Below, piece by piece: positions 51,246-59,504 of a stretch of DNA of 64,000 nt. Location: NCBI GenBank assembly GCA_011525875.1, contig WYBN01000007.1, positions 220,684-284,683 on the forward strand, read 5' to 3'. Source of the stretch: Melioribacteraceae bacterium. Its GTDB lineage: Bacteria > Bacteroidota > Ignavibacteria > Ignavibacteriales > Melioribacteraceae. The translations under genes were made by a program, and so were the position numbers. Position 1 is the stretch's first letter; each line of letters opens with the position of its first letter. The notes beneath the pieces were generated by a model. The model was given only the letters and a program-made list of their open reading frames with translations. It had not been told where the DNA came from and searched no databases.

Positions 51246-52616
51246 ATGAAAGAAAAAATAAGAATCGCATCAGGGCAGGGCTTCTGGGGAGATTTAATCG
51301 AAGCGCCTTATTTGCAGGTAACCCGCGGGCAAATCGATTATCTTGTTATGGATTATTTAGCAGAAGTCACAATGTCCATTCTTCAAAAACAAAAAAATAA
51401 AAATCCGCTGCTCGGTTATGCTAAAGACATTCCGCCTTTAATGAAACGCATTCTCCCTGTGTGTATTGAAAAAGGGATTAAGATTATTACAAATGGAGGG
51501 GGCGTAAATCCTTATGCATGTGCTGATGCTGTAATTGAAGTTGCAAAAGAAATCGGAATCAAAAAATTAATCGTTGCGGTTGTATCCGGCGATGATATAC
51601 TTAACAAAATTGATGCAATAATTTCATCTGGGTGTGAATTGAATAATATGGATTCCGGCGAACCGATAACCGGAATTAAGGATAAACTGTTGAGCGCGAA
51701 TGTGTATTTTGGCGCTTTCGCTATAGTAGAGGCGTTAAAGCAGTCGGCTGATATTGTTATTACCGGCAGAACTACCGATACCGGACTAACGCTCGCACCT
51801 ATGATTTACGAATTTGGCTGGGAAGAAGACGATTACAATAAACTTGCAGCCGGAACTGTTGCAGGTCATATTCTTGAATGTGGAGCTCAAGCCACCGGCG
51901 GAAATTTTTTGGGCGACTGGGAATCAATTGAAAATTTTGCAGAAATAGGGTTCCCTATAGCCGAAGCATATCCAAACGGCGAAACAATAATTACAAAACA
52001 TGACTCGCTGGGCGGTAAGGTTTCTTTTGAGACTATAGCCGAACAAATTGTATATGAAATCGGAGATCCAAAAATGTATATAACCCCTGACTGTATCGCT
52101 GACTTTACAACAATTAAGCTTGAGAATGCAGGTGCAAATAGAGTGCGAGTTTATAATGTTAAAGGGTATAAACCGACAGAATCATATAAGGTTTCTTGTT
52201 CCTACGAAGACGGATTTTCTGCAGTCGGCACATTAACCTACTCTGCCCCGGCTGCGCTAAAAAAAGCCGACGCTGCCGATAAAATATTGCGAAAAAGATT
52301 GGAACTTCTCGATCTAAAATTTGACGAAGTCCATACGGAGTATGTTGGCTTTAATTCCTGTAACGGTTCGCTCGCTGGTAAGACTAATCCGGACGATTTG
52401 AACGAAGTTGTACTCCGGGTGGGAGTGCGATCGAAGGATTATAAATCCGTTGACAGATTCACCCGCGAGATTGCGCCGTTGATACTGACAGGGCCCCCGG
52501 CAGTAACGGGTTTTGCCGGCGGAAGACCAAAGCCAAGCGAAGTCGTAGCCTATTGGCCGGCTCTTATCCCTAAATCATTAGTCGAACATCAGATAAAAAT
52601 TATGAGCTTGTTATGA
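51246..52616 (+). CDS. DUF1446 / AtuA-like (acyclic terpene utilisation family) protein
   Basis: IRIASGQGFWGD...DYLVMDYLAEVTMSIL, ITGRTTDTGL and AGHILECGAQATGGNF match my recollection of AtuA N-terminal domain signatures. Confidence 0.65.
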   Translation: MKEKIRIASGQGFWGDLIEAPYLQVTRGQIDYLVMDYLAEVTMSILQKQKNKNPLLGYAKDIPPLMKRILPVCIEKGIKIITNGGGVNPYACADAVIEVAKEIGIKKLIVAVVSGDDILNKIDAIISSGCELNNMDSGEPITGIKDKLLSANVYFGAFAIVEALKQSADIVITGRTTDTGLTLAPMIYEFGWEEDDYNKLAAGTVAGHILECGAQATGGNFLGDWESIENFAEIGFPIAEAYPNGETIITKHDSLGGKVSFETIAEQIVYEIGDPKMYITPDCIADFTTIKLENAGANRVRVYNVKGYKPTESYKVSCSYEDGFSAVGTLTYSAPAALKKADAADKILRKRLELLDLKFDEVHTEYVGFNSCNGSLAGKTNPDDLNEVVLRVGVRSKDYKSVDRFTREIAPLILTGPPAVTGFAGGRPKPSEVVAYWPALIPKSLVEHQIKIMSLL

Positions 52617-52930
52617 AAAAAAAAATAAGTGAAATCGCGCACGGCAGAAGCGGCGATAAAGGTGATGCGGCAAATATTGGTATTATCGCTTATGATGATG
52701 AAGGCTATCAGCTTATCCAAAAACTCTTGACTGCAGAAACAGTCAAGAAATATTTCGAGGGGATTTGTTTCGGTAATGTTGAAAGATACGAACTCCCAAA
52801 TATTAGAGCATTAAATTTTGTTTTGCACAATACTCTCGGGGGCGGCGGGACTGTTTCTCTTAAACTTGATGCGCAGGGTAAGACTCTGGCTGCTGCTCTG
52901 CTGAATATGGAGATTGAAATTAATAATTAA
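52613..52930 (+). CDS. Small AtuA C-terminal-like partner protein (DUF4387-like)
   Basis: 105 aa with an ATGA overlap with the DUF1446 gene. HGRSGDKGDAANIGIIAY resembles the C-terminal module of full-length AtuA proteins. Confidence 0.5.
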   Translation: MKKKISEIAHGRSGDKGDAANIGIIAYDDEGYQLIQKLLTAETVKKYFEGICFGNVERYELPNIRALNFVLHNTLGGGGTVSLKLDAQGKTLAAALLNMEIEINN

Positions 52931-52950
52931 TAACATAGAAGGAAATACTT

Positions 52951-54052
52951 ATGTACGATGAGCAGTTAAAAATAGTTAATTCACTCGGCGAAAGAATTTA
53001 TAAGCTAAGAGGTTATCTTTAAGTTAGATATTAAAGAAAAAGAAATTGATGAGCTGAAAGCTAAGACAAACGAGAACGGTTTTTGGAATGATCAGAAAAG
53101 CGCTCAATCTACTCTTCAGAAAATTAATTCTTTGGAGTATTGGCTTGAACTTTGGCGGGAAGAGCACACAAAATTCACAAACCTAAAAGATTTAATAGAA
53201 CTTTCGGCTTCAGAAGAAGACGCATCACTCGAACGTGAAATCTTATTCGAGACGGAAAAACTTTCGGCTTCCGTTGAATCTCTTGAATTAAAGAGCATGT
53301 TAAGCGGAAAGGATGACGATAAAAACTGCATTCTTACAATTCATTCAGGCGCAGGTGGAACTGAAGCACAGGATTGGGCTGAAATGCTTCTCAGAATGTA
53401 CATGAGATGGGGCGAACAGAACGGATTTAAGATGACCATACTTGACGTTCTTGACGGCGATGGTGCAGGAATAAAAAGTGCTACAGTGGAAGTTGACGGC
53501 GAATTTGCTTACGGTAATTTAAAGGCTGAGAACGGCGTTCATAGATTGGTTAGAATTTCTCCCTTTGATGCAAACAAAAGAAGACACACTTCTTTTGCAT
53601 CCGTTTTTGTTATTCCGATAGTTGACGATACAATCGAGATTGATATAAATCCTTCGGATTTAAGGATTGACACTTATCGCTCGGGAGGAAAAGGCGGACA
53701 GAATGTTAATAAAGTTGAAACAGCTATCCGGATAACACACATCCCTACTGGTACGGTTGCGGCATGCCAGAGTGAAAGATCTCAGAACCAGAATAAAGTG
53801 AATGCAATGAGACTGCTTAAATCAAAGTTGTATCAGATTGAAAAGCAAAAGAAAGAAGCGGCGATTGACGAGATTGAAAAAAGCAAAATGAAAATCGAAT
53901 GGGGAAGTCAAATTAGGTCTTATATTTTCCACCCGTATAATCTCGTAAAAGATCATAGAACCGAAATTGAAACCTCAAACACTCAGTCTGTTATGGACGG
54001 AAATTTAAATAGTTTTATTAAGGAATACTTGCTTAAGTTTTCTGATAATTAA
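52951..54052 (+). CDS. prfB: Peptide chain release factor 2, requiring a programmed +1 ribosomal frameshift (join 52951..53019, 53021..54052)
   Basis: Frame 0 encodes [23 protein letters not shown] and then stops. The +1 frame continues as [15 protein letters not shown]... and carries SPF (RISPFDA) and GGQ ([14 protein letters not shown]). Confidence 0.93.
53008..53023 (+). promoter_or_regulatory. prfB +1 frameshift cassette: SD-like AGAGGT, TAT spacer, slippery CTT, in-frame TAA, then G
   Basis: AGAGGT TAT CTT TAA G compares with the E. coli paradigm AGGGGG TAT CTT TGA C. Spacing and slippery codon are identical, but the stop codon differs. Confidence 0.85.
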
Positions 54053-54054
54053 TT

Positions 54055-54432
54055 ATGACTAAGAAAATCAAACGTAAGAAGAAAGAACAGGATAAAGATT
54101 TCTTCGATAAAGTTTATGGTTTTGTAGAATTAATACCGTACGGAAAAGTTACAACATACGGCGCGTTAGCTGAAGCCAGCGGAATAAAATCCTCAGCAAG
54201 AACAGTTGGTTGGGCGATGAATGCTGCCGCAGGATCTAATCTGCCGTGCCACCGAGTAGTTAACAGAAACGGTGAACTAACCGGCAAGCTGCATTTCGGG
54301 GATCCGAATTTAATGGAAGATCTTCTCCGTTCTGAAGGAGTGGCATTTACAAAAGAAGGGAATGTAGTCATGTCAAAACACTTTTGGCAGCCCACTAATG
54401 TTGCCAAAAAAAAGTTAATTCGGAATAACTAA
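54055..54432 (+). CDS. MGMT-family (O6-alkylguanine-DNA alkyltransferase DNA-binding domain) protein
   Basis: IPYGKVTTYGALA and the active-site-type motif LPCHRVVN. Only the C-terminal Ada/Ogt-like domain is present, preceded by a Lys-rich tail. Confidence 0.75.
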   Translation: MTKKIKRKKKEQDKDFFDKVYGFVELIPYGKVTTYGALAEASGIKSSARTVGWAMNAAAGSNLPCHRVVNRNGELTGKLHFGDPNLMEDLLRSEGVAFTKEGNVVMSKHFWQPTNVAKKKLIRNN

Positions 54433-54440
54433 GCGGATAA

Positions 54441-55349
54441 TCAATAACGGTTCACTTTTATAGTAGAAACGCCCCCTTGAATATCAATCAAGATTTTATT
54501 TTCAGCTTTTTCAAAATTTTCAGTGATATAATTATTTGAATCATTTTTAGAAAATCCATTGATATTCTTTATCATCATTACCATCTCGCCGGTGATCTGA
54601 CAACCGGCTTCAGACGGGATTAATATTTCCAAAGAAGCAGCTCCCATTTCGATATCTACGTCAAGCATTTCAACCCGGCTGCCTAATTTCAATCTTGTTT
54701 TACTCGCTCCTGTCTTAATATTAAGTTCTTTTAATTTTAATTCATGGAGATCGAAATCAGTTTTAGCAGCCCCGATTTCAAGATCAATCTCCCAAAACGG
54801 CTCGGGATTTAATTTCAATTCGAGTTTGTTCTTAAAATTATCTTTAATCGGATTAGAGTCGGAATCGTTAAATTCAATTCTTATATCAGCATTTTCATCC
54901 GATAGAGTTTTATTCAGCTGAATATTAAATAAACCGCCGCGGTGTTTTCCCGAGATCAACTCTTCTGTTGTTCCGTTTAGTATAAATACTCCGGCGCCTG
55001 CCGAAATTTGCAGGCTGGCTGTTTCAATTCCTTCAACGTAAGGTTCGGAGAAAGTCTCGGAATCGTAAGTCGTACTGCTCTTCCACTCCTCGCTGTTGAA
55101 TCTCATATCGCTTAGGTCGCTTATCGAACCTATGATGAACACAGCCAGTAACAACGCAAAAAGCACTGTGGTAACCGGTTTGAATATTGTGTCTTTCGCA
55201 AGAAGAGATAATCCCCAGAATACGAAGACAAGAGGCCATAAATCCCAAACAAAACTAAAATCGATATAGACAATATCATTTCTTACAAGAAGAAAAAGCG
55301 CGCCGAGTGTTAAAAGAAATACTCCCCAAAATATTTGTCCCGTTTTCAT
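54441..55349 (-). CDS. LiaF-like membrane protein with a C-terminal repeated beta (toast-rack-like, DUF4097/DUF2154-type) domain
   Basis: Three N-terminal TM segments, then repeated beta-strand units (LELKLN.., IDLEIGAAKTDFDL, LNIKTGASKTRLKL, VDIEMGAASLEILIP). An ATGA overlap with the upstream PspC-domain gene. Confidence 0.5.
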   Translation of the reverse strand: MKTGQIFWGVFLLTLGALFLLVRNDIVYIDFSFVWDLWPLVFVFWGLSLLAKDTIFKPVTTVLFALLLAVFIIGSISDLSDMRFNSEEWKSSTTYDSETFSEPYVEGIETASLQISAGAGVFILNGTTEELISGKHRGGLFNIQLNKTLSDENADIRIEFNDSDSNPIKDNFKNKLELKLNPEPFWEIDLEIGAAKTDFDLHELKLKELNIKTGASKTRLKLGSRVEMLDVDIEMGAASLEILIPSEAGCQITGEMVMMIKNINGFSKNDSNNYITENFEKAENKILIDIQGGVSTIKVNRY

Positions 55350-55819
55350 AGTCTGCCTCTGTTTCTTGTTGAATTAATAATTAAATATATGCCTCCGATA
55401 ATGAATAAGAGCGGGAAGATATCAACGAAATCAAAAAACGGCAAAATGTTTTCCGCCAAAAAAACAAAACCTATAACAATCAAAATCACCCCAAAAGTCA
55501 CCCTGCCTTTATTGCTTCTCGGAGGGATGGGAGTTGAGCCTGAAGATAAATCTTCAAACTTCACATCTTCTGCATTTCCAGGATTCGTTTCCGGTTGCGA
55601 TGACGGTTTGGAATAATTTTGATAAGAATGATCAAAAGGTTCTTCGGGAATAATTATCCAAAGGATTATATATAGTAATACACCTATTCCGTTAAAAATA
55701 GTTGCGGCGATGAACAGAACTCTCACCAAAACGGGGTCGAGATTTAAGTAATCAGCAAGTCCTCCGGCAACTCCGCCAAATACTTTCTTTATGCGCGAAC
55801 GATACAATTTTTCTTTCAT
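55346..55819 (-). CDS. PspC domain-containing membrane protein
   Basis: LYRSRIKKVFGGVAGGLADYLNLDPVLVRVLFI is the canonical PspC domain, followed by TM segments. Confidence 0.82.
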   Translation of the reverse strand: MKEKLYRSRIKKVFGGVAGGLADYLNLDPVLVRVLFIAATIFNGIGVLLYIILWIIIPEEPFDHSYQNYSKPSSQPETNPGNAEDVKFEDLSSGSTPIPPRSNKGRVTFGVILIVIGFVFLAENILPFFDFVDIFPLLFIIGGIYLIINSTRNRGRL

Positions 55820-56008
55820 TATAGTCCCTCTGTTATTTTCAATCCTTTAGACGGCAATATTACGGATTTGTTTTCTTTTTAATTGAAACACCTCAACATT
55901 TGTCCAAGAAAATAAATGGATGTTGAGAGAATTCAAGTTTTTTTGCTATACCTTGGTAACTTCATTAAGTTTCCTCATCAAAATATAAAAATTATCCAAT
56001 TATTAATA

Positions 56009-57646
56009 ATGAAAATAGCCTTATGTCAGATAAATACAATTATCGGTGATATAGAAGGTAATAAGGCAAAAATTCTAAACTGCTATAAAAAGGGTGTCAG
56101 TAAAAAAGTTGATTTGGTAATTTGTCCCGAATTATCTCTTTGCGGATATCCTCCACAGGATCTGGTTGAAAAAAAAGAATTCAGATTAGCAGTTGAAAAA
56201 GCTAATTCCGAACTTTCGGCATCGACAACAGACACAGGTCTAATTTTCGGTTCCATTTCCGAGGAATTTGATAATGTAGGAACCGGAATTTACAATTCTG
56301 CATTTCTCTCCTATAACGGGGAAATTCAATTCATTCAGAAAAAGACATTGCTCCCTAATTACGATGTTTTTGATGAAGTAAGGTATTTTGAATCGGCAAA
56401 GGATGTTTTCATTCACGTCTTTAAGGGCGAAAACTTAGGCATTTCAATATGCGAGGATATTTGGAACGATGCAGACTACTGGAAAAAAAGACGATATGAA
56501 AAAGACCCTGTGCAGAGATTGGTTGATAAAGGGGCTACTTTGTTAATCAATATTTCCGCCAGCCCCTACGCTTATGGCAGGAGAGAAGAAAGAAGACGCA
56601 TGCTTTCCGTATTAACTAAGACGGATAAAATGCCTTTGGCTTATGTCTGCTGTGTAGGCGCTCAGACGGATTTAATTTTTGACGGCGGCAGTATGTGCTT
56701 TGATAAAAATGGCAAGCTCGTTATGCTTGGTAAAACCTACGAAGAGGATTTTATTGTTTTTGACACTGATGCAGAATTGCCTGAATTGGTAAAAGTCGAA
56801 TCATCATATGAAGAAGAAATTTTAAATGCGCTGATACTCGGCGTAAAAGATTATGCGCACAAAACAAAATTTAATAAAGCACTTATTGGATTAAGCGGTG
56901 GGATTGACTCAGCGTTGGTTGCATATATAGCTGTTAAAGCTCTAGGCAAAGAAAATGTAGTTGTTGTAATGCTGCCAACAGAGTATTCCAGCCAAGGAAG
57001 CTTGAACGATTCCAAGAAATTAATCCAAAATCTCGGGATTGCATCTAACGTTATTAATATTCAAAGTGTATTTGAGAATGTTAAAGATGTCTTGAAAGAT
57101 TCATTCGAAAATATGCAGGAGGACGTGACTGAAGAAAACATCCAATCGAGGATACGCGGTTTAGTTTTAATGGCATTGTCAAATAAATTCAATTATTTAC
57201 TTTGCACGACAGGCAACAAATCGGAAATGGCAGTCGGTTACGCAACATTATACGGCGATATGTGTGGTGCGCTGGCTGTTATTGCCGATGTGTACAAAAC
57301 TCAGGTTTATCGAATTGCTGAATATATCAACAAGGAAAAAGAAATTATACCAGTCGAGATAATTACAAAGGCGCCATCCGCCGAGCTTCGTCATAACCAA
57401 ACCGATCAAGATAGTCTGCCTCCTTATGATCTTCTGGATAAAATTCTGATGATGTATCTCGAGGAATATAAAGAATACAATGAAATCGTTAAGAAAATTG
57501 GTCAGCCGGAACTTGTTAAATATATTCTTGGATTAGTGGATAATAACGAATTTAAGCGGAAGCAAGCTGCGCCTGCTTTAAGGGTAACGACAAAAGCGTT
57601 CGGATACGGCAGGAGATTCCCTATAGTTCAAGGCTGGAAAAGGTAA
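56009..57646 (+). CDS. nadE: Glutamine-dependent NAD+ synthetase
   Basis: N-terminal CN-hydrolase domain (MKIALCQIN.., ICED.W) and a C-terminal synthetase domain with GLSGGIDSA. ATG 56009 is preferred over ATG 55916. Confidence 0.92.
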   Translation: MKIALCQINTIIGDIEGNKAKILNCYKKGVSKKVDLVICPELSLCGYPPQDLVEKKEFRLAVEKANSELSASTTDTGLIFGSISEEFDNVGTGIYNSAFLSYNGEIQFIQKKTLLPNYDVFDEVRYFESAKDVFIHVFKGENLGISICEDIWNDADYWKKRRYEKDPVQRLVDKGATLLINISASPYAYGRREERRRMLSVLTKTDKMPLAYVCCVGAQTDLIFDGGSMCFDKNGKLVMLGKTYEEDFIVFDTDAELPELVKVESSYEEEILNALILGVKDYAHKTKFNKALIGLSGGIDSALVAYIAVKALGKENVVVVMLPTEYSSQGSLNDSKKLIQNLGIASNVINIQSVFENVKDVLKDSFENMQEDVTEENIQSRIRGLVLMALSNKFNYLLCTTGNKSEMAVGYATLYGDMCGALAVIADVYKTQVYRIAEYINKEKEIIPVEIITKAPSAELRHNQTDQDSLPPYDLLDKILMMYLEEYKEYNEIVKKIGQPELVKYILGLVDNNEFKRKQAAPALRVTTKAFGYGRRFPIVQGWKR

Positions 57647-57656
57647 AGGAGAAAAA

Positions 57657-59420
57657 ATGTTCAGTATAAAAACAGTATTTTTATTTATTTTCTTACAATC
57701 CGCTGCATTTGCTCAGTTCGGATTTGATCAAGAAATCTTAATAGTCAATTCTTTTTTGTCTTTCGAAAAAGTTCATCCGAAAAGCGAATTAAAAGCGGCA
57801 ATAAAAGTTGACATATCGGGCGAGTGGCATATTAATTCGAACAAACCTAATGAGGATTTTTTAATCCCGACTGTTTTGGAAATAACCAGCGATCTAAATA
57901 TCGAGGTTGGCAGCATACAGTATCCTTCGGCAAAGAATTTGAATTTCAGTTTCAGCGATAATCCTGTTTCAGTTTTTGACGGAGATATTTTAATCGGAGC
58001 CAAATTACTAATTCCGGCAGATGCGGAAGAAGGGAAATATAATATAATCTTTACTTTAAATTATCAGGCATGTAATGATGTTTCGTGCCTGCCCCCGAAT
58101 ATAATTAAAGACACACTTGAGGTTGAGGTTGTAAATCTTCAGACGCAGATAGTGGAGGTTAATTCAGAAATATTTTCCCAGTTAGATTTAGCTTATTATT
58201 CCAGCGATACAGGAGGTGATGAAAAAAGCATTGCAGGCAGACTTGAAGAAAGTGGATTATTACTTAGCATCATACTTGTGTTTATCGGCGGTCTTGCGCT
58301 AAACCTCACACCGTGTGTCTATCCGTTAATCCCAATAACGATAGGATATTTCGGCGGACAGAGTGAAGGAAGCACTGGCAAATTATTCCTTCTTGGCATT
58401 CTGTATGTATTAGGGATGGCGCTGACATATTCGGTCATTGGAGTCATTACTGCGTTAAGCGGAGCGGTCTTCGGGGCTTTACTTCAAAATCCTTTAGTTA
58501 TAATTGCAATTGCCGCGGTATTCGTTGTTCTTTCGCTCAGCATGTTCGGCTTTTATGAGTTCAAACTTCCCGACAGCTTGGTTATGAAAGCTGGCGGCGC
58601 ACGATCGGGTGTTTTTGGAGCATTTTTTATGGGGCTTACACTCGGAATCGTTGCAGCGCCATGTATAGGACCTTTTGTCGTGGGTTTATTAACTTATGTC
58701 GCTGCAAAAGCCGATGTATTCTATGGATTCATTATGTTCTTCTTCCTGGCAGTAGGACTGGGCACGCCATATCTTTTCCTCGCGTTATTTTCTGGTAAGA
58801 TCAAAAGTCTTCCGCGTGCCGGACTATGGATGGAAGGCGTTAAACATATTTTCGGATTTATTCTGCTTGGCATGGCTCTATATTTTCTTCTGCCTCTTTT
58901 ACCGAAAGAAGCCTCCTCGTTTACGCTGCCGGTATTTATGGTAATCACAGCAATTTATCTTTTCTTTTTCGATAAGACTGGTAATGAAGTAAAAGGGTTC
59001 AAAATTTTTAAATTTGCGTTTTCTATTCTTTTGATCTCCATCGCTTCTTATTTTCTCTATCCGGGCGAAGAAAATTCGCCTGATTGGCAAAAATATTCTG
59101 ATAGAGTATACGACGAAGCCCTTGAGAACCGCAGCAAAATTATAATAGATTTTTATGCAGATTGGTGTATCCCTTGCAAGGAACTGGATGCACTTACATT
59201 TTCCGATGAACGAGTAATAGCTCAATCAAAAGAATTTGTAAACATCAAAGTCGATATGACAAAAACAATGTCGGATGAAACCGAACGCATAAGAAATAAA
59301 TTCAATATTGTAGGCATGCCTACGGTATTAATTATAGATTCAAATGGTGCAGAGATACACCGCCTAACCGGTTTTGTAAACGCTGACGAATTTTTGAAAT
59401 TGATGCAGAGTACCAAATGA
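57657..59420 (+). CDS. dsbD: Thiol:disulfide interchange protein DsbD-like (N-terminal domain, CcdA-type membrane core, C-terminal thioredoxin)
   Basis: Signal peptide; YQACNDVSCLPP; membrane-core Cys motifs LTPCVYPLIP and AAPCIGPF; thioredoxin WCIPCK. Confidence 0.88.
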   Translation: MFSIKTVFLFIFLQSAAFAQFGFDQEILIVNSFLSFEKVHPKSELKAAIKVDISGEWHINSNKPNEDFLIPTVLEITSDLNIEVGSIQYPSAKNLNFSFSDNPVSVFDGDILIGAKLLIPADAEEGKYNIIFTLNYQACNDVSCLPPNIIKDTLEVEVVNLQTQIVEVNSEIFSQLDLAYYSSDTGGDEKSIAGRLEESGLLLSIILVFIGGLALNLTPCVYPLIPITIGYFGGQSEGSTGKLFLLGILYVLGMALTYSVIGVITALSGAVFGALLQNPLVIIAIAAVFVVLSLSMFGFYEFKLPDSLVMKAGGARSGVFGAFFMGLTLGIVAAPCIGPFVVGLLTYVAAKADVFYGFIMFFFLAVGLGTPYLFLALFSGKIKSLPRAGLWMEGVKHIFGFILLGMALYFLLPLLPKEASSFTLPVFMVITAIYLFFFDKTGNEVKGFKIFKFAFSILLISIASYFLYPGEENSPDWQKYSDRVYDEALENRSKIIIDFYADWCIPCKELDALTFSDERVIAQSKEFVNIKVDMTKTMSDETERIRNKFNIVGMPTVLIIDSNGAEIHRLTGFVNADEFLKLMQSTK

Positions 59421-59504
59421 AGTATACTTTTTTAATATTCTTGAATATTTCTTTATTTTTAACTAATAAATAAAAAAAATTATAGGAGCAATTAAGAAAC
59501 ACTC

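Noticed and set aside
55892-55927. 8-bp hairpin (CTCAACAT/ATGTTGAG) in the pspC-nadE divergent intergenic region as a possible attenuator or riboswitch
   Set aside because: The stem is short and AT-rich, the loop is 20 nt, and there is no adjacent U-tract or conserved riboswitch core. This is too weak to call.
55916-56008. 31-codon N-terminal extension of nadE
   Set aside because: The conserved CN-hydrolase N-terminus begins at MKIALCQIN (ATG 56009). The extension is hydrophobic junk in a promoter-like AT-rich region.
58899-59225. 108-aa ORF on the minus strand (and 58721-58948)
   Set aside because: It is antisense to dsbD, with a low-complexity product.
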